From the human T2T-CHM13v2.0 reference genome, Homo sapiens: a stretch of 64,000 nucleotides of DNA. Each line of letters opens with the position of its first letter. Position 1 is the first letter of the stretch. The position numbers and the translations under genes are program-made. The notes under the pieces were generated by a model that searched no databases, was not told the origin of the DNA, and worked only from the letters and a program-made list of their open reading frames with translations. The stretch lies in NCBI RefSeq assembly GCF_009914755.1, contig NC_060932.1. One strand, given 5' to 3'. Positions 16,000 to 33,795 of the stretch are shown here, piece after piece.

Positions 16000-16712
16000 C
16001 TAGTATCTTACTGATGTGTTCAGAATCATGTACGGTGATTGCATGGACGTGCCACTTAACAAAAGAATTATGGATGGGTAGTGTAATTATCTAATGCTGG
16101 TGATTTGTGAATTTGTGATGAAGGACCCATTACCTGCTGCAGAATGACTTCAAGATTTGCTCAAAGATTTGCCCAAATATTCAGTGTGAACAGAACGTGG
16201 TTGCCACCTTTATCAATGCTTCTGACACAGTAAGTCATACTGTGATGAAAAAATTACACAGGAGGAAAATGCACGCTGCAAGTGTAGATGAGTTAACTGG
16301 CTGGTTCATGGACACAGGCTGCTTTCTTTCTTGGAAAATTACTTGTGACAGTTAAATTAACCTTAAGGGACTTGGAGATTGGCAAAGATTTGCATATGTT
16401 TTTTTCCCATTCTTTATGAACTGCCAAGTTCTTTTGCGAGTACAACAGTGCACTTTTATATTAACAATGAAATACGTTATTTGGGAGGAAACAATGAAAA
16501 ATGAGATTGAAGAAACCAACTTTAAGTTATCAACCCTTTCAATCTATTAAAACACTGCAGCATATAACCTTGAATAACATTGTCTTGGTCCTTTAATGAA
16601 GATTAAATGTAAAGTACTTTTTATTAAGAACAAAACGCTATTAGAGGTGAATTTCCCCCTTATTCCCTTTTAAGCCAAACTACCTATTTTTTCTTTAAAA
16701 GTGACATCCATC

Positions 16713-17036
<324 letters not shown>

Positions 17037-18381
17037 TGACATCCATCAAGTTCACAATGGTCTTTGGCTTAGACTAACAAGACTGCATTCCTTTAGACAG
17101 CCAAATGAACAAATGCTAGCATTTCTACCTGCTGACAGTGGGATACCCTCCTATATGAAGTTGGAATAAATAGACGTCAAGACATGCTTTGTCCTATTGC
17201 TTGAGTCCTGGAGGGCTAAGGTTAATAAAAGATAATTATTAAACCCCAAATATTGATAAAGTATATGCAGAAAGATATTCATCACAGTATTGTGATTTTA
17301 AAATGTCAAAAAATTAAATATTTCAAAAATATTGGATTATGCATAGCTTATAAATTATGATTATGAAGAACTTTTGGCAACAGGGGAGATCTTTAAGTTG
17401 ATAGAAAAAGGAAAGAAATGTATTAAAACCCTGACAAAGATTGCTTTAGGGTAGCGGAAAAAAGGGTGATTTTCTTTTCTTTTCTAATTTTTCTCTATGT
17501 TCCGTGAAGGTGATTATATTATTATTATTCAAAATTATTTAAAACAATTGCTAAGTACTTAATGATGCTTGAATCCAGCAGGAGAGAACAGAGATCATTT
17601 TGAGCTATAGGCTGAAAGGAAATGACACATAAATATGGAGAAAGTCTTGATGGGGTGGGTCTTTCCTTTATCATATCTATGCAGATAGAAGAAGTGGCTT
17701 CCAGGTGGACACAGCCACCTCACAAATAGGCTCTATTCCCATTCCTATTTTTCCTAAAAAGAGCCTTTGCCTGAATTCTCCACCTAACTTCTTCAAAATC
17801 CTCAACTATTCATCCAATCTGGAGTTAATAAGAAACATTTGTGTATAAGTAGGAGCAAATAATATTTTACTTTTTTATTTATAAGATAGCAAATGCACAT
17901 CAGGAATTGCAAAGCTGTTTTTGAGAAAACGAGGATCCAGTTTACCTGAAGAGTTGTGAAGAATATATGAAGATGGGGTGCCATCAGAGGTGAGGTAACC
18001 CTGGTTTTGAGGGGAAAACCTTAAAACTAGCAAAGGAAAGCCAGTAAGAAGGGGAAGTAGAATTTGGAAAATAGAAGTAATTGAGCCACAAACTTTACAA
18101 AAAAGCGTGATACAGAACAAAAGTAGATTATGAATAAAAAATAGATTAACCTGGAGGGGGTGCAGCTAGCAGGAAGGCGTTAAGTTATCTTGACTTTCTA
18201 AAACATTTTGGGTTTTCAGAGTGGTCTGGAGTTGCATACCTGCAGCCCTTTTGGCTTGCTCTTCTCCCATAAGCATGTTATTAAGCTGTAATTTACATCT
18301 GTACTTGAAACACAAATTCAGATTTTTAGAGAGTATCCAAAAGTTCTTGCTTTTCTCACCTTGCTTTAACAAGTTCAATCG

Positions 18382-19424
<1,043 letters not shown>

Positions 19425-19790
19425 GTTTAATCGTGGGTGACACTGGCTTTCTTCTATACACACTTTCATTTAAAAGATTATTCTAGTTACAAGTAATTAC
19501 TGATAGGTTGATGCCAAAGTTATTTAAAATGGTGTCTTATAATGTTCATTTTGCCTTCTACCCAGCATATATCCAAATAATTCCATCGAAAGTTTATATT
19601 CATTTCCCAAATATGAAAACCAATATCCTGAAATTCTGTCTGGCATCTTTTGGGCTTATATCAGTATCATTATTTGCATATATTTGGAATAAAGACAAGG
19701 GGCTAATAACATAATCTGTGCCTTGATTGAAGCCAATATTTTTCCCAAAAGTATCATTAAAAAGTATCATTTTATTAACAAATCCACCTT

Positions 19791-20134
<344 letters not shown>

Positions 20135-20156
20135 TTATTTACATTAAAACAATCAG

Positions 20157-20230
20157 AAGTGTTACAGCTCTTTTAGAATTCGTCTAGTAGGTTTTCCAGT
20201 GACCAGAAAATCCTCTGCTAAAAAAAAAAA
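20157..20230 (+). pseudogene. RNU7-174P: U7 snRNA pseudogene (retrocopy)
   Basis: agtgttacagctcttttagaattcgtctagtagg...gaaaatcct matches U7 (histone downstream element-binding region, Sm site, 3' stem-loop) and is followed by an A11-12 tail. Sm site is altered (AATTCGTCTAG vs AATTTGTCTAG). The number is recalled from memory. Confidence 0.9.
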
Positions 20231-20984
20231 TAATAATCAATTGGGTATAATAAATCAGTCATCCATTTCTCATCCCCACAATCATTCCTGTCTGACAAAA
20301 AAGTTTAGGAGAGTTGTTTGCAGAACACATCTTACTTGTTAATGCATTTTTAAAAATTCTGCTTCTCCTTCCTTATGTAACAATTCTGATCAAAATTTTT
20401 TCATACCTTCTTCTGCAACAATGACCCCACCCCCATACAAAACAACAGACACACACATCAGGGGCTTCCAGATTTTTCCAACTGTGGTTCCCATGATGAG
20501 AATTGTGTAGTGTAGGGTTTGCATCAATTATTTCCCTAATTACATCTAGTGAGGACATGTTTGTCATTCAACTGTTATATATGATCCAAATATGAACCCA
20601 GGGTGCTTTTGGGTATGAGTCATATATAAGTCAGTTGCTTGATTCACACCTACTTTCCTTTTGACAGTAATCCTTGTTAATGCCCTAATTTTATGATGTA
20701 ATTTTCATTGAATTAATCTTGAACAACTGCAAATTATGTAATCAATTACATTCAGCTTCAATGAAAATTACTTTTTAATCTCAGCCTCTCAGCCTGACAC
20801 CCCAGCAGAAATCCTGTATATACAATGGCAGTGACGGGTGGGTGAGAAGACCTCTCCAGCTTACTGATGTGTATGGACTCATTAATTATATAAATTGCAT
20901 TTATTTTTGCAAAAAAAAAAAACCTCAGAGATTAGTAAAGTATATGCCATTTTCTTGGACTTAAGGGCTTAGAGAAGTTAAGGG

Positions 20985-21290
<306 letters not shown>

Positions 21291-21564
21291 GAGAGAAGTT
21301 AAGGGACAGAGAGTGAAACAAACTACCTTCAGCAGCTCCTGATTATTTTTCCCTTAATGCTCATTTTGAAGAGGTGTAATTGGCATAACTTAAAAAAATT
21401 CTTGTGGTCACATAAATTTGGTTTATGCTGGATTTAAAATTAAATAGGTTTCTTTATTATAGAGTTGCTTGTTCTTTAATATGTTAATATATGTTGTGAC
21501 TTTCCAAGAAGTGGGATATAAAATGTTTCCCAAATTGTTTGAAAAGAGAACACCCTTTCTTTCT

Positions 21565-23266
<1,702 letters not shown>

Positions 23267-24110
23267 TCTTTAATATGTTAATGTATGTTGTGAGTCTCCA
23301 ACAGGGAGGATATAAAATGTTTCCCAAAATGTTTTCAACAAGGAATTCTACTCCCTCCCCTCACCTTTTTTTTTTTTTTTTTTTTAAAAACAACAACAAC
23401 AACAACAAAAAAAAAACACCGACTTTCATACAGGTTCTCATTGAGGTTCACAGAACAAGCTGTAGGAAAGCTAAATTGTTTTCATGCTTCTCTAAATTAT
23501 TCAGGGCTCTAACTTTCACTGAAACTTTGTTAGGCTCTAGGAGGCTAACTGCTGTATCTGAACTGCAAAACCAAAGACAATTTCTTGTAGTGTGTTTATT
23601 ACAAAGACATTTCACTATGCAAAAATGATGCAACTTTGGAAAGTTTATGGATGCAAATTTGGAAGTACGAACAATTTTGCAATTGTGTCTTTTACGTTTT
23701 TAGAGCAATGCATCTTGCTTGATCATGATATATGACTGGAGAGAATATCAGTAATAAGGTGCTACAGTCAAATAAGACTTGTTTGCATACACTTTCTCAC
23801 ACACACTGTATACACACACAATTACATACATATATACACACATATTGGAGATACAGTTTTTTCTTTTTAAATATACACACATACTGACGATATAGTTTTT
23901 CCTTTTCCTATTTAAAACAAGTAGATCTTGTCTTAATTTTTTTTAGCTTCTGAATTTTAAAGTCAATCATGTTTTTCTTTAACCAAATATGCAAAATGTT
24001 GGATTAATTGCTTAAATTTGACTTTATCAAAATGACAATACTATCACTTTTGCATTATATCACTAAACAAACAGAAGAACTTAGTACAAAAATTAAAAGT
24101 GAAAAAGTAA

Positions 24111-24392
24111 AGCCAGGCATGGTGGCTCATGCCTGTAACTCTAGCACTTTGGGAGTCTGAGGCGGGCGAATCACCTGAGGTCAACAGTTCACGACCAGCC
24201 TGGCCAACACAGTGAAACCCCCATCTCCACTAAAAATACAAAAATTAGCCGGGCAAGGTGGCATGTACCTGTAGTCCCACGTACTTGGGAGGCTCAGGCA
24301 GGAGAATCACTTGAACTCGGGAGGTAGAAGTTGCAGTGACCTGAGATGGCGCCACTGCACTCCAGCCTTAGCGACAGAGCAAGACTCCATCT

Positions 24393-24428
<36 letters not shown>
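24111..24428 (+). mobile_element. AluS with a long pure A tail
   Basis: TSD aaaagtg(a/g)aaaagta. Confidence 0.92.
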
Positions 24429-24430
<2 letters not shown>

Positions 24431-24477
24431 GGAAAAGTAGAATTAGTGTCTCTTTATTAGTTTGTATTTATCTGCAG

Positions 24478-24562
24478 AACAAAAATAAAAAATAAAAAAA
24501 AAACAAAAAACAAACAAACAAAAAAAAAACCAGGCAAAAGCCAACAATAAAAGAAAAAAAAA
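24478..24562. repeat. A-rich low-complexity tract
   Basis: (A)n/(AAAC)n. Confidence 0.85.
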
Positions 24563-24907
24563 TGTACCATTACTTCGACAAGGAGATTGCAGCGTCATAA
24601 ATCTAGAGAGGGAGATTGCAAGTGCCATCGGTCCTCTGCACTGGCCAACGCAGGCAGCCTACCCCAGTGAACCGCTAAGCTTCTAGAAACCTACAGAAAA
24701 TGAAGGTGTAAGACAAGCATAGAGGTGTTCTACTGAGGCCCTCCAAAGTGCATTTATTTACCCTAACCGAGACGCTGATTTTCTATGTCCCCCGCTGCTA
24801 GTGATTTAGTGTTATTTTTAAAAGCATAATATTGGTTTTTAAAAAATTTTCAGATGGCATTATCTCACCTTACATGTAAGAAATGATTACATACAGAAGT
24901 TTCCTTT

Positions 24908-25037
24908 AAAAAAAAAATAGAGGTGTGTCTCCCTATGTTGCCTAGGCTGGCATGGAACTCCTGGGCTCAAACTACCCTCCCACCTCAGCCTCCCAAAGTG
25001 CTGGGCTGAGAGTACAGGCATGAGCCACCATGCCAGA
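24908..25037 (-). mobile_element. FLAM/Alu monomer
   Basis: TSD cagaagtttcct. Confidence 0.85.
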
Positions 25038-25399
25038 CAGAAGTTTCCTAATAGGTAATAATACTGTTTTTTTTTATTTGGGGCATTCTATTTTGCCAAA
25101 CACAAATTATAGTAGAAAGTATGTTTTATTGCAAAACTTTAGCCATATTTAGAGCAGGTTTCAACGCATAAGGCACCCCCTCTCTTTGTCAGGGCATTCC
25201 GGCTAGTTTTGAGGCTTAACAGCTCTAGTCCATTTCCATTCTCACTATACTTTTTAGGGAACTTAAATGTTCATTTTAGGTTGAATCTCAAGTCCTTTTC
25301 TCAAATGGATTTTACTAATTAGCTAATTTAGGAAAATTGTGTGGTATTTTCTCTTTCCTTTGTCACCTGAAACCTCGCTTAGTATTTCCTCAGCATTTT

Positions 25400-25890
25400 A
25401 AGATCTCCCCCGTCCCCGCTCCCGCCCCCCAAGGCTACTTGGAAGCTTCCAGGCTACTTCCTTACGGGCAGTTTACAGATTTTGTTTTTAGAAGCCTTTA
25501 GTTGACCTTGGCCTGCGTGGGTGTTCTCGTCTTTCCTCCTATCGTATGTTACGGTTACCTGCAGAGGCTGGCGTCGAAGGAGAGGTGCTATGCGAGGATG
25601 GCCCCAAGTTAAACAGTGACAGCCTCTGCCCTCCCAGACCCCAGGCGCGCGGGGGCGGGCGCGGAACACCGGTTCCACCGCCACCTTCAGGCCTCCCGGT
25701 GTGGCGCGGTTCGGGACGTCACACAAATACCAGGGCACCCATGTTTCTGCCCTGGGAAACTCTCACGTCAGCCGGCCCCCCAATTCTGCTAAAGGAGAAA
25801 ACAAAATTTCCCTCCCATGGACGCAGCTGGGCACTTTGAGAACTGGTCGGGCAGAAGGCTGATCGCGCAGAGCCTGGTGCAAACGGGAAG
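25400..25890. promoter_or_regulatory. Small CpG-rich promoter/enhancer-like element
   Basis: Non-repeat CpG cluster with GC boxes (25408-25429, 25652-25660), E2F-like TGGCGCGG (~25702) and two ACGTCA CRE half-sites (25716, 25765). Confidence 0.6.
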
Positions 25891-26786
25891 CAATTCCCCT
25901 GGAACAAGAAATGAGGGGCAGGAATTTGCATGTCTTTCACAGGAGTATCAAAGTCTGGGAGAGTTTCCTTCCCAAAGTCATCTGTTCCAAACTGAACTTA
26001 AAAAGCTACCTCTCAGGGGCTCCCCGGGAAGAGGTTCCCCTGTAAGGACCAGGAGAACTTGGATAATTTGGGAAGAAGACTCCCATCAAGGATGGGAATT
26101 ATCCCCTTACACACTTGGCTAAGATTCTTAGGAGAATAAAGAGGGACTGGAAATTAATATATTTGTAGTCATACATAAATCTGACATTGTAAAATGCAGG
26201 GAGTTCTTATACTGCAGTGGAGGGCCAATCATTATCACATCGGTTACTCCTTGTAGTATCTTTATAAAGCTCTGATTTAAAGAACTGCTGTTTTGTTGTA
26301 GATGAGTGTCCGGGCTGATGGAACCCTCACATCACCTAAATAACCATGAGGCTGTTTTTCAGTTTGTTCACCTCAGTGCTGCACATTGCACATGCATTAA
26401 CAAATATCACCAATGAATGATGATGGAGGTATCATCATTTACTTGACAATCTGTAAAGTACCTTCCAGGTAATTGACAATATATTCCTACTTAATTACTT
26501 GCGCTCTTCACATCTCTGTTCCTTCTGTTTACTTTGCAAAGAGAAAAGCCCTTTGAACCCAAACATTTGTCGATCCCAGTCCCAGAGAAGTCACAGAATT
26601 TGCCAGAGGGAAGGCAAATCTTTTAGCATCTGCTTCTAGTATAGGTGAAATTGCTGGGAGTGACTGCTCAGGAGCAACTGAGCAAAATTGGCAATTTTCC
26701 CCACAGAGCAAAAAGATTTGATTTGAAAAACATCATACAGCCACTCAAATGTAAGTGCCAATATATTTACCAAATTGAACAAGTGA

Positions 26787-27085
26787 TTTTTTTTTTTTTT
26801 TTTTGAGACAAAGTCTCACTCTGTCGCCCAGGCTGGAGTGCAGTGGTGTGATCTCAGCTCACTGCAAACCTCTGCCTCCCAGGTTCAAGTGATTCTCCTC
26901 CCTCAGCCTCCTGAGTAGCTGGACTACAGATGAGCGCCACCACGCCCGGCTACTGTTCTGTATTTTTTAGTAGAGATGGGGTTTCACCATATTGGCCAGG
27001 CCGGTCTTGAACTCTTGACCTCGTGATCCGCCTGCCTCAGTCTTCCAAAGTGCTGGGATTACAGGCGTGAGCCACTGCGCCCAGC
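26787..27085 (-). mobile_element. AluS
   Basis: TSD agtgattttt. Confidence 0.92.
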
Positions 27086-27424
27086 TATGAGTGATTTTTG
27101 AATTGTCCATACCATGGCTTCCCTCCTACAGATTGACTTTAATTACCTGAAATAAGTTTGTAAGTTTAAATAAAAAGAAGAAGCAATCAGTAGATGGTGA
27201 AATGAACAGAAATGGAGACACATATCCTGAAAGTGTAATACGCTGGGAAATTTTACAGAGGGAGGTGAGATTAAATGAAAGCAGGAAGAGTTCCCATGCT
27301 AGGTTAATTTACACAATGTCTTTTATTTGCTTACATTTATTTGGGGTGAATAAATTTATAATTGATAATTTATAATTTTAACTTTTAAAGGTGTGGACAG
27401 AAATGCTTTTACTGATTAGAAAAT

Positions 27425-28165
27425 AATTTTTATTCCAATAGAAGTGGAACAATACTTCTAGTAAATAAATACTAGAAGTAAAATAAATCAAGTGGAGCAA
27501 AATATTTAAAATAAATATTTAAAACAAAATATTTAAAATAAATATTTAAAACAAAATATTTAAAATAAAATATTTAAAACTACACTTGAAATTTCAAATG
27601 TGTACAATTCAGAGGATAAAAAAATCTTCAAAAATCATAGACACAGAGTTTAGGAAGCCAAAGGCTGTGAACTTCTCTTCTCATTGAATCCATGCTTTAT
27701 TTTGCATTCTTCACAGGTAAGCAATCAGTGCCTGTTCTGCTGTGGACCAAAATCAGCCCCATGGAGCTGATCTTCAAAGAAATGGAATTTACTCTGGCAT
27801 ACTCTTATGTATGATACCTTTCCAAGGCCAATCCCAATATACCAACAAGTGTAACTTCAGGCAATGATCCAAATCTTGGATTAGCTGCTAAATAACCTTG
27901 GCAGACTAGTCCCTGGGTGATGAGCATGCTTACAGGAGAAAAAGGCAGAGCTCTCTTCCAGAAACTTTCTTCTTGACATCCTCTTATAATGTTTGAAATC
28001 TCTCCTCTGTGGATGTGCAGTTTGATTTTGGATAAAACAACAGTCTCTGCTTGCTTGGTGGTGGCAAATGGGGACCTTTCTCTTGGTTTCCATGAGTAGA
28101 TATTGGGGGCATGATGACTTCGTGTTTGCTTTTCTTCCAGTTGAGTGTGCTCGGCCTACTCCTTG
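27425..28165 (-). pseudogene. OCIAD2P1: Processed pseudogene of OCIAD2 (CDS-equivalent 28112-27650)
   Basis: Minus-strand translation MPPISTHGNQEKGPHLPPPSKQRLLFYPKS/LHIHRGEISNIIRGCQEESFWKRALPFS...CQSKFHFFEDQLHGADFGPQQNRH*LLTCEECKIKHG...SQPLAS* matches OCIAD2. Intronless, with two 1-nt deletions (463 nt vs 465 expected) and one premature stop. Confidence 0.92.
27498..27579. repeat. AT-rich minisatellite, alternating 14/13-bp units (27-bp higher-order unit x3)
   Basis: caaaatatttaaaa taaatatttaaaa repeated. Confidence 0.85.
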
Positions 28166-28669
28166 ACCCAGTGCTGGGTGTCTGTTACGTGTCAGGCAAG
28201 GGCATGCATAGACATGAAAAAGAATAAGACACAATCACTGCTGAAGGAGCTCACAGTCTGTGGGGGGTGTTCCCCAAGTCCATGTCCCTGGCACTGCCAA
28301 GCTGAGCTGGCCTCCTTCCTCGGTGACTGCCACAGCCTGGACTGGAAAATAAATTTTAATTTCTAAGAAAGTAGAGAATGTGAGAGCGCCTTCAAAGTGA
28401 GGTTCATGGTTGTAAAACTTGGATTTCAGAGTGTTGTTTGAAAGGCAAGTAGTATTTATATGTACTCATGTGTACATAATTTTATAATCACTTACAGTGT
28501 GTTTGAACCAGCTCCTGACCTCAATGTTGTACTGCTCTGGGGAAACATCACGCTTTTTCTACCCAGGGAATTTAAGTCTATCCCAAAGAATAGTAAATAG
28601 ATTTAGAAACTCTCAAAGTGTTCTGCATAGAAAACTAAAAGGAACTCTCCTGCTTGAGAAACTGGGATG

Positions 28670-29091
28670 GACTAAAAAAGACTGCAAATTCTTTATCACC
28701 ACCCCCGACCCCTCAGAGGTGGAATTTATTTCTTCTCTCCTTGAATATGGCCTGGCTTTGAGACTGCTTAATGAATAGAAGGTGGCAGAAGTGACGCTGT
28801 GGCAGCTCTTGGCTTAAGTCCTGAGAAGGCCTGGAAATTTCCATTTTCCATCTCTTCTGGGACCCCCAAACTACCACACAGACAGACCACATGCCTTGCA
28901 TTGGAGAGGGAGGAGGCTGGCCTCCTGGTGGGGCTTCCTGGTGCCTCTAGTTCCAGGCATCTTTTGAAAGACACCAAGAACTGCCAGCTGAGCTATCAAT
29001 CCACAGAAGCTTAAAAAGCAAACAAAGTGTTTGTTGTTTTAAGCCACTAAGTTTGGGGCAATTTGTTACATAGCAATAAATAATTGAAACA
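28670..29091. mobile_element. MLT1-family MaLR LTR
   Basis: gttttaagccactaagtttggggcaatttgttacatagcaataaataattgaaaca terminus. Confidence 0.75.
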
Positions 29092-29950
29092 GAAAGCAAG
29101 CCATTCACTGTCACCTATAACTCTTGGTTAACAGGGAATGGCTTTGCTTTATTGGAAAGACAGTTAGACTTGGTTCTCTAAACTGAGTTTTGGCCGATGA
29201 TTTATTGTGAGTTGCAGAGGACACAGGTAAGGGTTCCTCTAGTTAGAGAATACAGGGATATAGGGTCAGAAAAGACGATGCAGAGAGTTACGTGGGGAGT
29301 AGGCAGCGAGGTGTGACCTTCAGGGCCTGGCGGGTGGCAGCAGACATGAGGACCCAAATAGACGCTGTGAATAAAACCAGTGATCACAGGCAGACGGTGG
29401 TACCAAGGCTGTGAGTGTTGAAGGAGAGAGTGGAGAGGAATGATAAAAATAAAAGCATAATTATTCAAATAAAAATGTTTATTCATATGCCACATAAAAT
29501 TATCTACCCTACTACACTTTTGGAAACACTGCCTAGAAATAACACCCTTTTCATACCTCATGGCTCCTTCTGAAGGAGTCCTTCATGAGGAAGTAAGTAA
29601 ATAGGGATTTTCTCTTTTTTGAAGAAACTAGATATTTTTTCTTACACAGTGAAACACAGGTCTTTCTTCATTACTCCATGCGGTGGTCACACTTAGCCCC
29701 ATCAGAACAGTTATACAGGCACAGTCACACACCAAGGAACAGTTCAACACACACACGCACACACACACAAACACATGCACACATTCTTCAATAGGATGTT
29801 TTTCAAATTGGCAAACATGAAGAAAAATTTTCAACTTTTATACTTCCAAAGTTCCTAAAAATAGCTGAGTCTATTTGATAGCAATTTTTGGCATTTTTGA
29901 GGGAAATAAGTTTACTCATATTTTCAAATATGTAAGCTTAAACTGCATAA

Positions 29951-30283
<333 letters not shown>

Positions 30284-30645
30284 CTGTTTTATTGTTTTAG
30301 TATTTAACTACTAAATGTGCAGTTTCATCATTAGCTTTTTTTGTACTTTTGTGTTTTTATTTTTAATTTTTTATCATTAGCCTTTAAAAAATCAAAATGA
30401 AAGTATTATTGGATAACATAAAGCTTCCCTTGATTTCAAAAAATTCCAGTTTTGCCTACTGCTTGAAACTTTAGGTTATGGTCTCATGAGCATGGTATTT
30501 CACCTGAGATCCATTTCTTTGGATTTCAATGTCTTCCTATGTAAGATGGGTATCTTTCTGCTCCAGAACAGTATTGTTACCATGAGGTAATCTATGTTTA
30601 AGAGTGTCATAGGAGGCAGAAGGGAATCACTTGGCTGTGTCATAA

Positions 30646-30976
<331 letters not shown>

Positions 30977-31864
30977 TATTTTCATAATTTAAAAAACAAT
31001 TTATTGTTGATAGTGTTTCATGCAGTGGTTATAAGATCATTTTCTTAAAAATTTTAAGCTTTTAATTATTTGGGTTTTTTAAAAAAAAATGGCTGAATTT
31101 TAAAAATTGCATTTAGCCTGAGGACTTAATGTCTGTTTTGTGTTTATTGTCTGATGAATTTCTTCTGTTATTTCTATTTACTTATTATGGAATCATGAGA
31201 TTTTAGAGCTATGAGCCATCATGGAAGTTGCCTAGTTCTTATCCAACCATTTTATTTGATAATGGAGGCCCAGAGTCGGTTGAATAGTGGTTCAAAGTCA
31301 CCCAGTGTCTACTCATCTGCTTTTGTCTGAATGAATTAATATTTGCATGAGACTTCTGAGAAAGATCCCGTTTCTTTGATGGAACAACTCTTCCAGCAGA
31401 ATAGGGTTCATTGTACCCTAAGGTGGGCAGCAGCTGAACACCAACATTGGGCTTTCTGGTGAGCAAGGCCTCTCCAGAATGCACAGAGACTTAGACTAAG
31501 TCTTTCTTCTAAGATCTGGTCATCCAAGTCCTGCCCCCTTGAAACACCTGTTCAATGGTATGCTTATGCCAGACTGATCCCTTCTGTGAAGTTTTCCCCT
31601 CTGAGCTGAGACATAGGTTAGGTGAGATTCCTGCTATGTCCTTTCTTATTTTGTCCTGGGGTCCCAGACACAAACCTCAGTAGGAGGCAGCACTTTATAA
31701 CTGAAAAAAACCCTGTACAGAGGGTTCTGCCACAAATGTATGACCCCAGGTAAGTCACTTAACATCTCTGGTTTGTAATAGAGTGAATTAGATGATCTCT
31801 AAGATAAATGAGGGGGAGAAAAACAGATGTTTAATTGAATCATAAAAGGAGACTAATAGACTAA

Positions 31865-32240
<376 letters not shown>

Positions 32241-33639
32241 TAACATGGAACAAGGATATAAGTATATTTTAGAGAATCTGGAAGTCAAGGTAGGAAGAGC
32301 TAAAACGTGATGTGGAAAGTCACAGGGAGTCTTTGGAGACTGCCTACTTACCTGGTGTAAGGAGAAACCGCTTCTCCCTAACTCAAAATCAGCTATTTAA
32401 AATCAACATTCTTGACTACGGATGATTGGCTCAGAGGTGAATACTTGACTGAGGTGGAATCAGTCAATTTTTTTTTGCCCCCATATTTGGAAATGAGAGT
32501 CAAGATGGCCAGTTAGTGGTGTACCCAGAACTGAGGTGATAGAAACTAAGCTTTTCTGTGATCGCAGTTGATCATGTGTTCAGAGGAACGCAAAGCTGGT
32601 CTGCAGAAGTGATAAGAAGCTTCATGAAGAGAAAAAAACAGACAAAAAGTAGAAATGGGGAAGGTGTTCTGCCTCTTTCCTGCTAGCTTTGGGGATTTCA
32701 CCCAGTTCCTTCTGAGGCCAGGATGCACTTGCCCTTGGGCACAATGAAGTATGGCTATGTCCCTGAACCCCAACAATAAACGCCCCCGGTAAACATTGTT
32801 AAGCCATCAAATAAAAAGGGGCAGGAATATGCTTGTCTTGTGTAGTCTAATAGGCGAGATCAGTTTTTTTAAGAAGTATGGTTCTTAGAAAAGAGGAAAA
32901 TGGGTAAATTCCAGCAAAATCGAATGTATGGGCTTCACAGGGTCCTTGCGCCAGCCGTCCCCGCCCCTCGGAGAAACCTCTCTTTCTCCTCAGTGCTCCT
33001 CAAGCCTGGCCCCTAACAAATGAACATGCAGTTGAAAAGTCGCTTCCTCAGGGAAGCCTTCCCTCCCCAGTTCCTGTCTCTCTCACCCCGACTTTCCCTC
33101 AGGCCATAAACAAATAGGCCAGTGATTTCCAAATTAGTAAATTCTACAAAAAACAATTCTTCAATTACATGTTAATAGTAACAGTATTAATGTTGTCCAC
33201 CATCTTTATTTCAAGTTTCAACTAATCAGTTGGCTAAGGATTTTTCTCTCCCATTCTCCTTCTACTCACCTTCTAACCAATGGTCACTCTCTCAAGGTGA
33301 ATTAGCCAAAATTTTTGGTTCAAAACCAAGAGCTGCGGTCAGTCCTCTGGATAGGTCTAAGCACGTCTGGATGCCTCAGAGATAGCCTCTGCCTTCCACC
33401 AGACTAAGGGAAAAGGAGATGGTATTATCTAAAACTTCAGTCTACAAAGAAAGTCAGCAACTTTCTTTGAGCTCAGAGGCCACAGCTGTGAGCCTTCTTC
33501 TAATGCCACCAATAACACAAAGTAGATGAAGGAAGCTCTAGCTGAGTGGCTGAAATGTGCTTGTTTAAGTGTACTTTTCCTTGGGTGTTTGGGAAGGCTC
33601 CTCTTCACCCCCCACTAACTAATCATTACTATGGGGAGA

Positions 33640-33795
33640 TGAAAAGGGAGAACCTAGCTGGAATTCCACCTTTGCCACTGACAATCTGGGTGTCCTTAGG
33701 TTAGTTACTGGGACTCCCTAATCCTCAGTCTCCTCCCTGTAAAATCAGCGCAGTATAATACAGTGTATAGATGGGTGTCGGAGGCTCAATATGAG
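33640..33795 (+). mobile_element. MIR
   Basis: gtgtccttaggttagttact...cctcagtctcctccctgtaaaat core. Confidence 0.65.

Noticed and set aside
27498-27579. Regular repeat array as possible CRISPR-like structure
   Set aside because: Tandem units without unique spacers in eukaryotic DNA; simple minisatellite
27881-28234. 117-aa minus-strand ORF
   Set aside because: Mostly out-of-frame read of the frameshifted OCIAD2 pseudogene; no independent support
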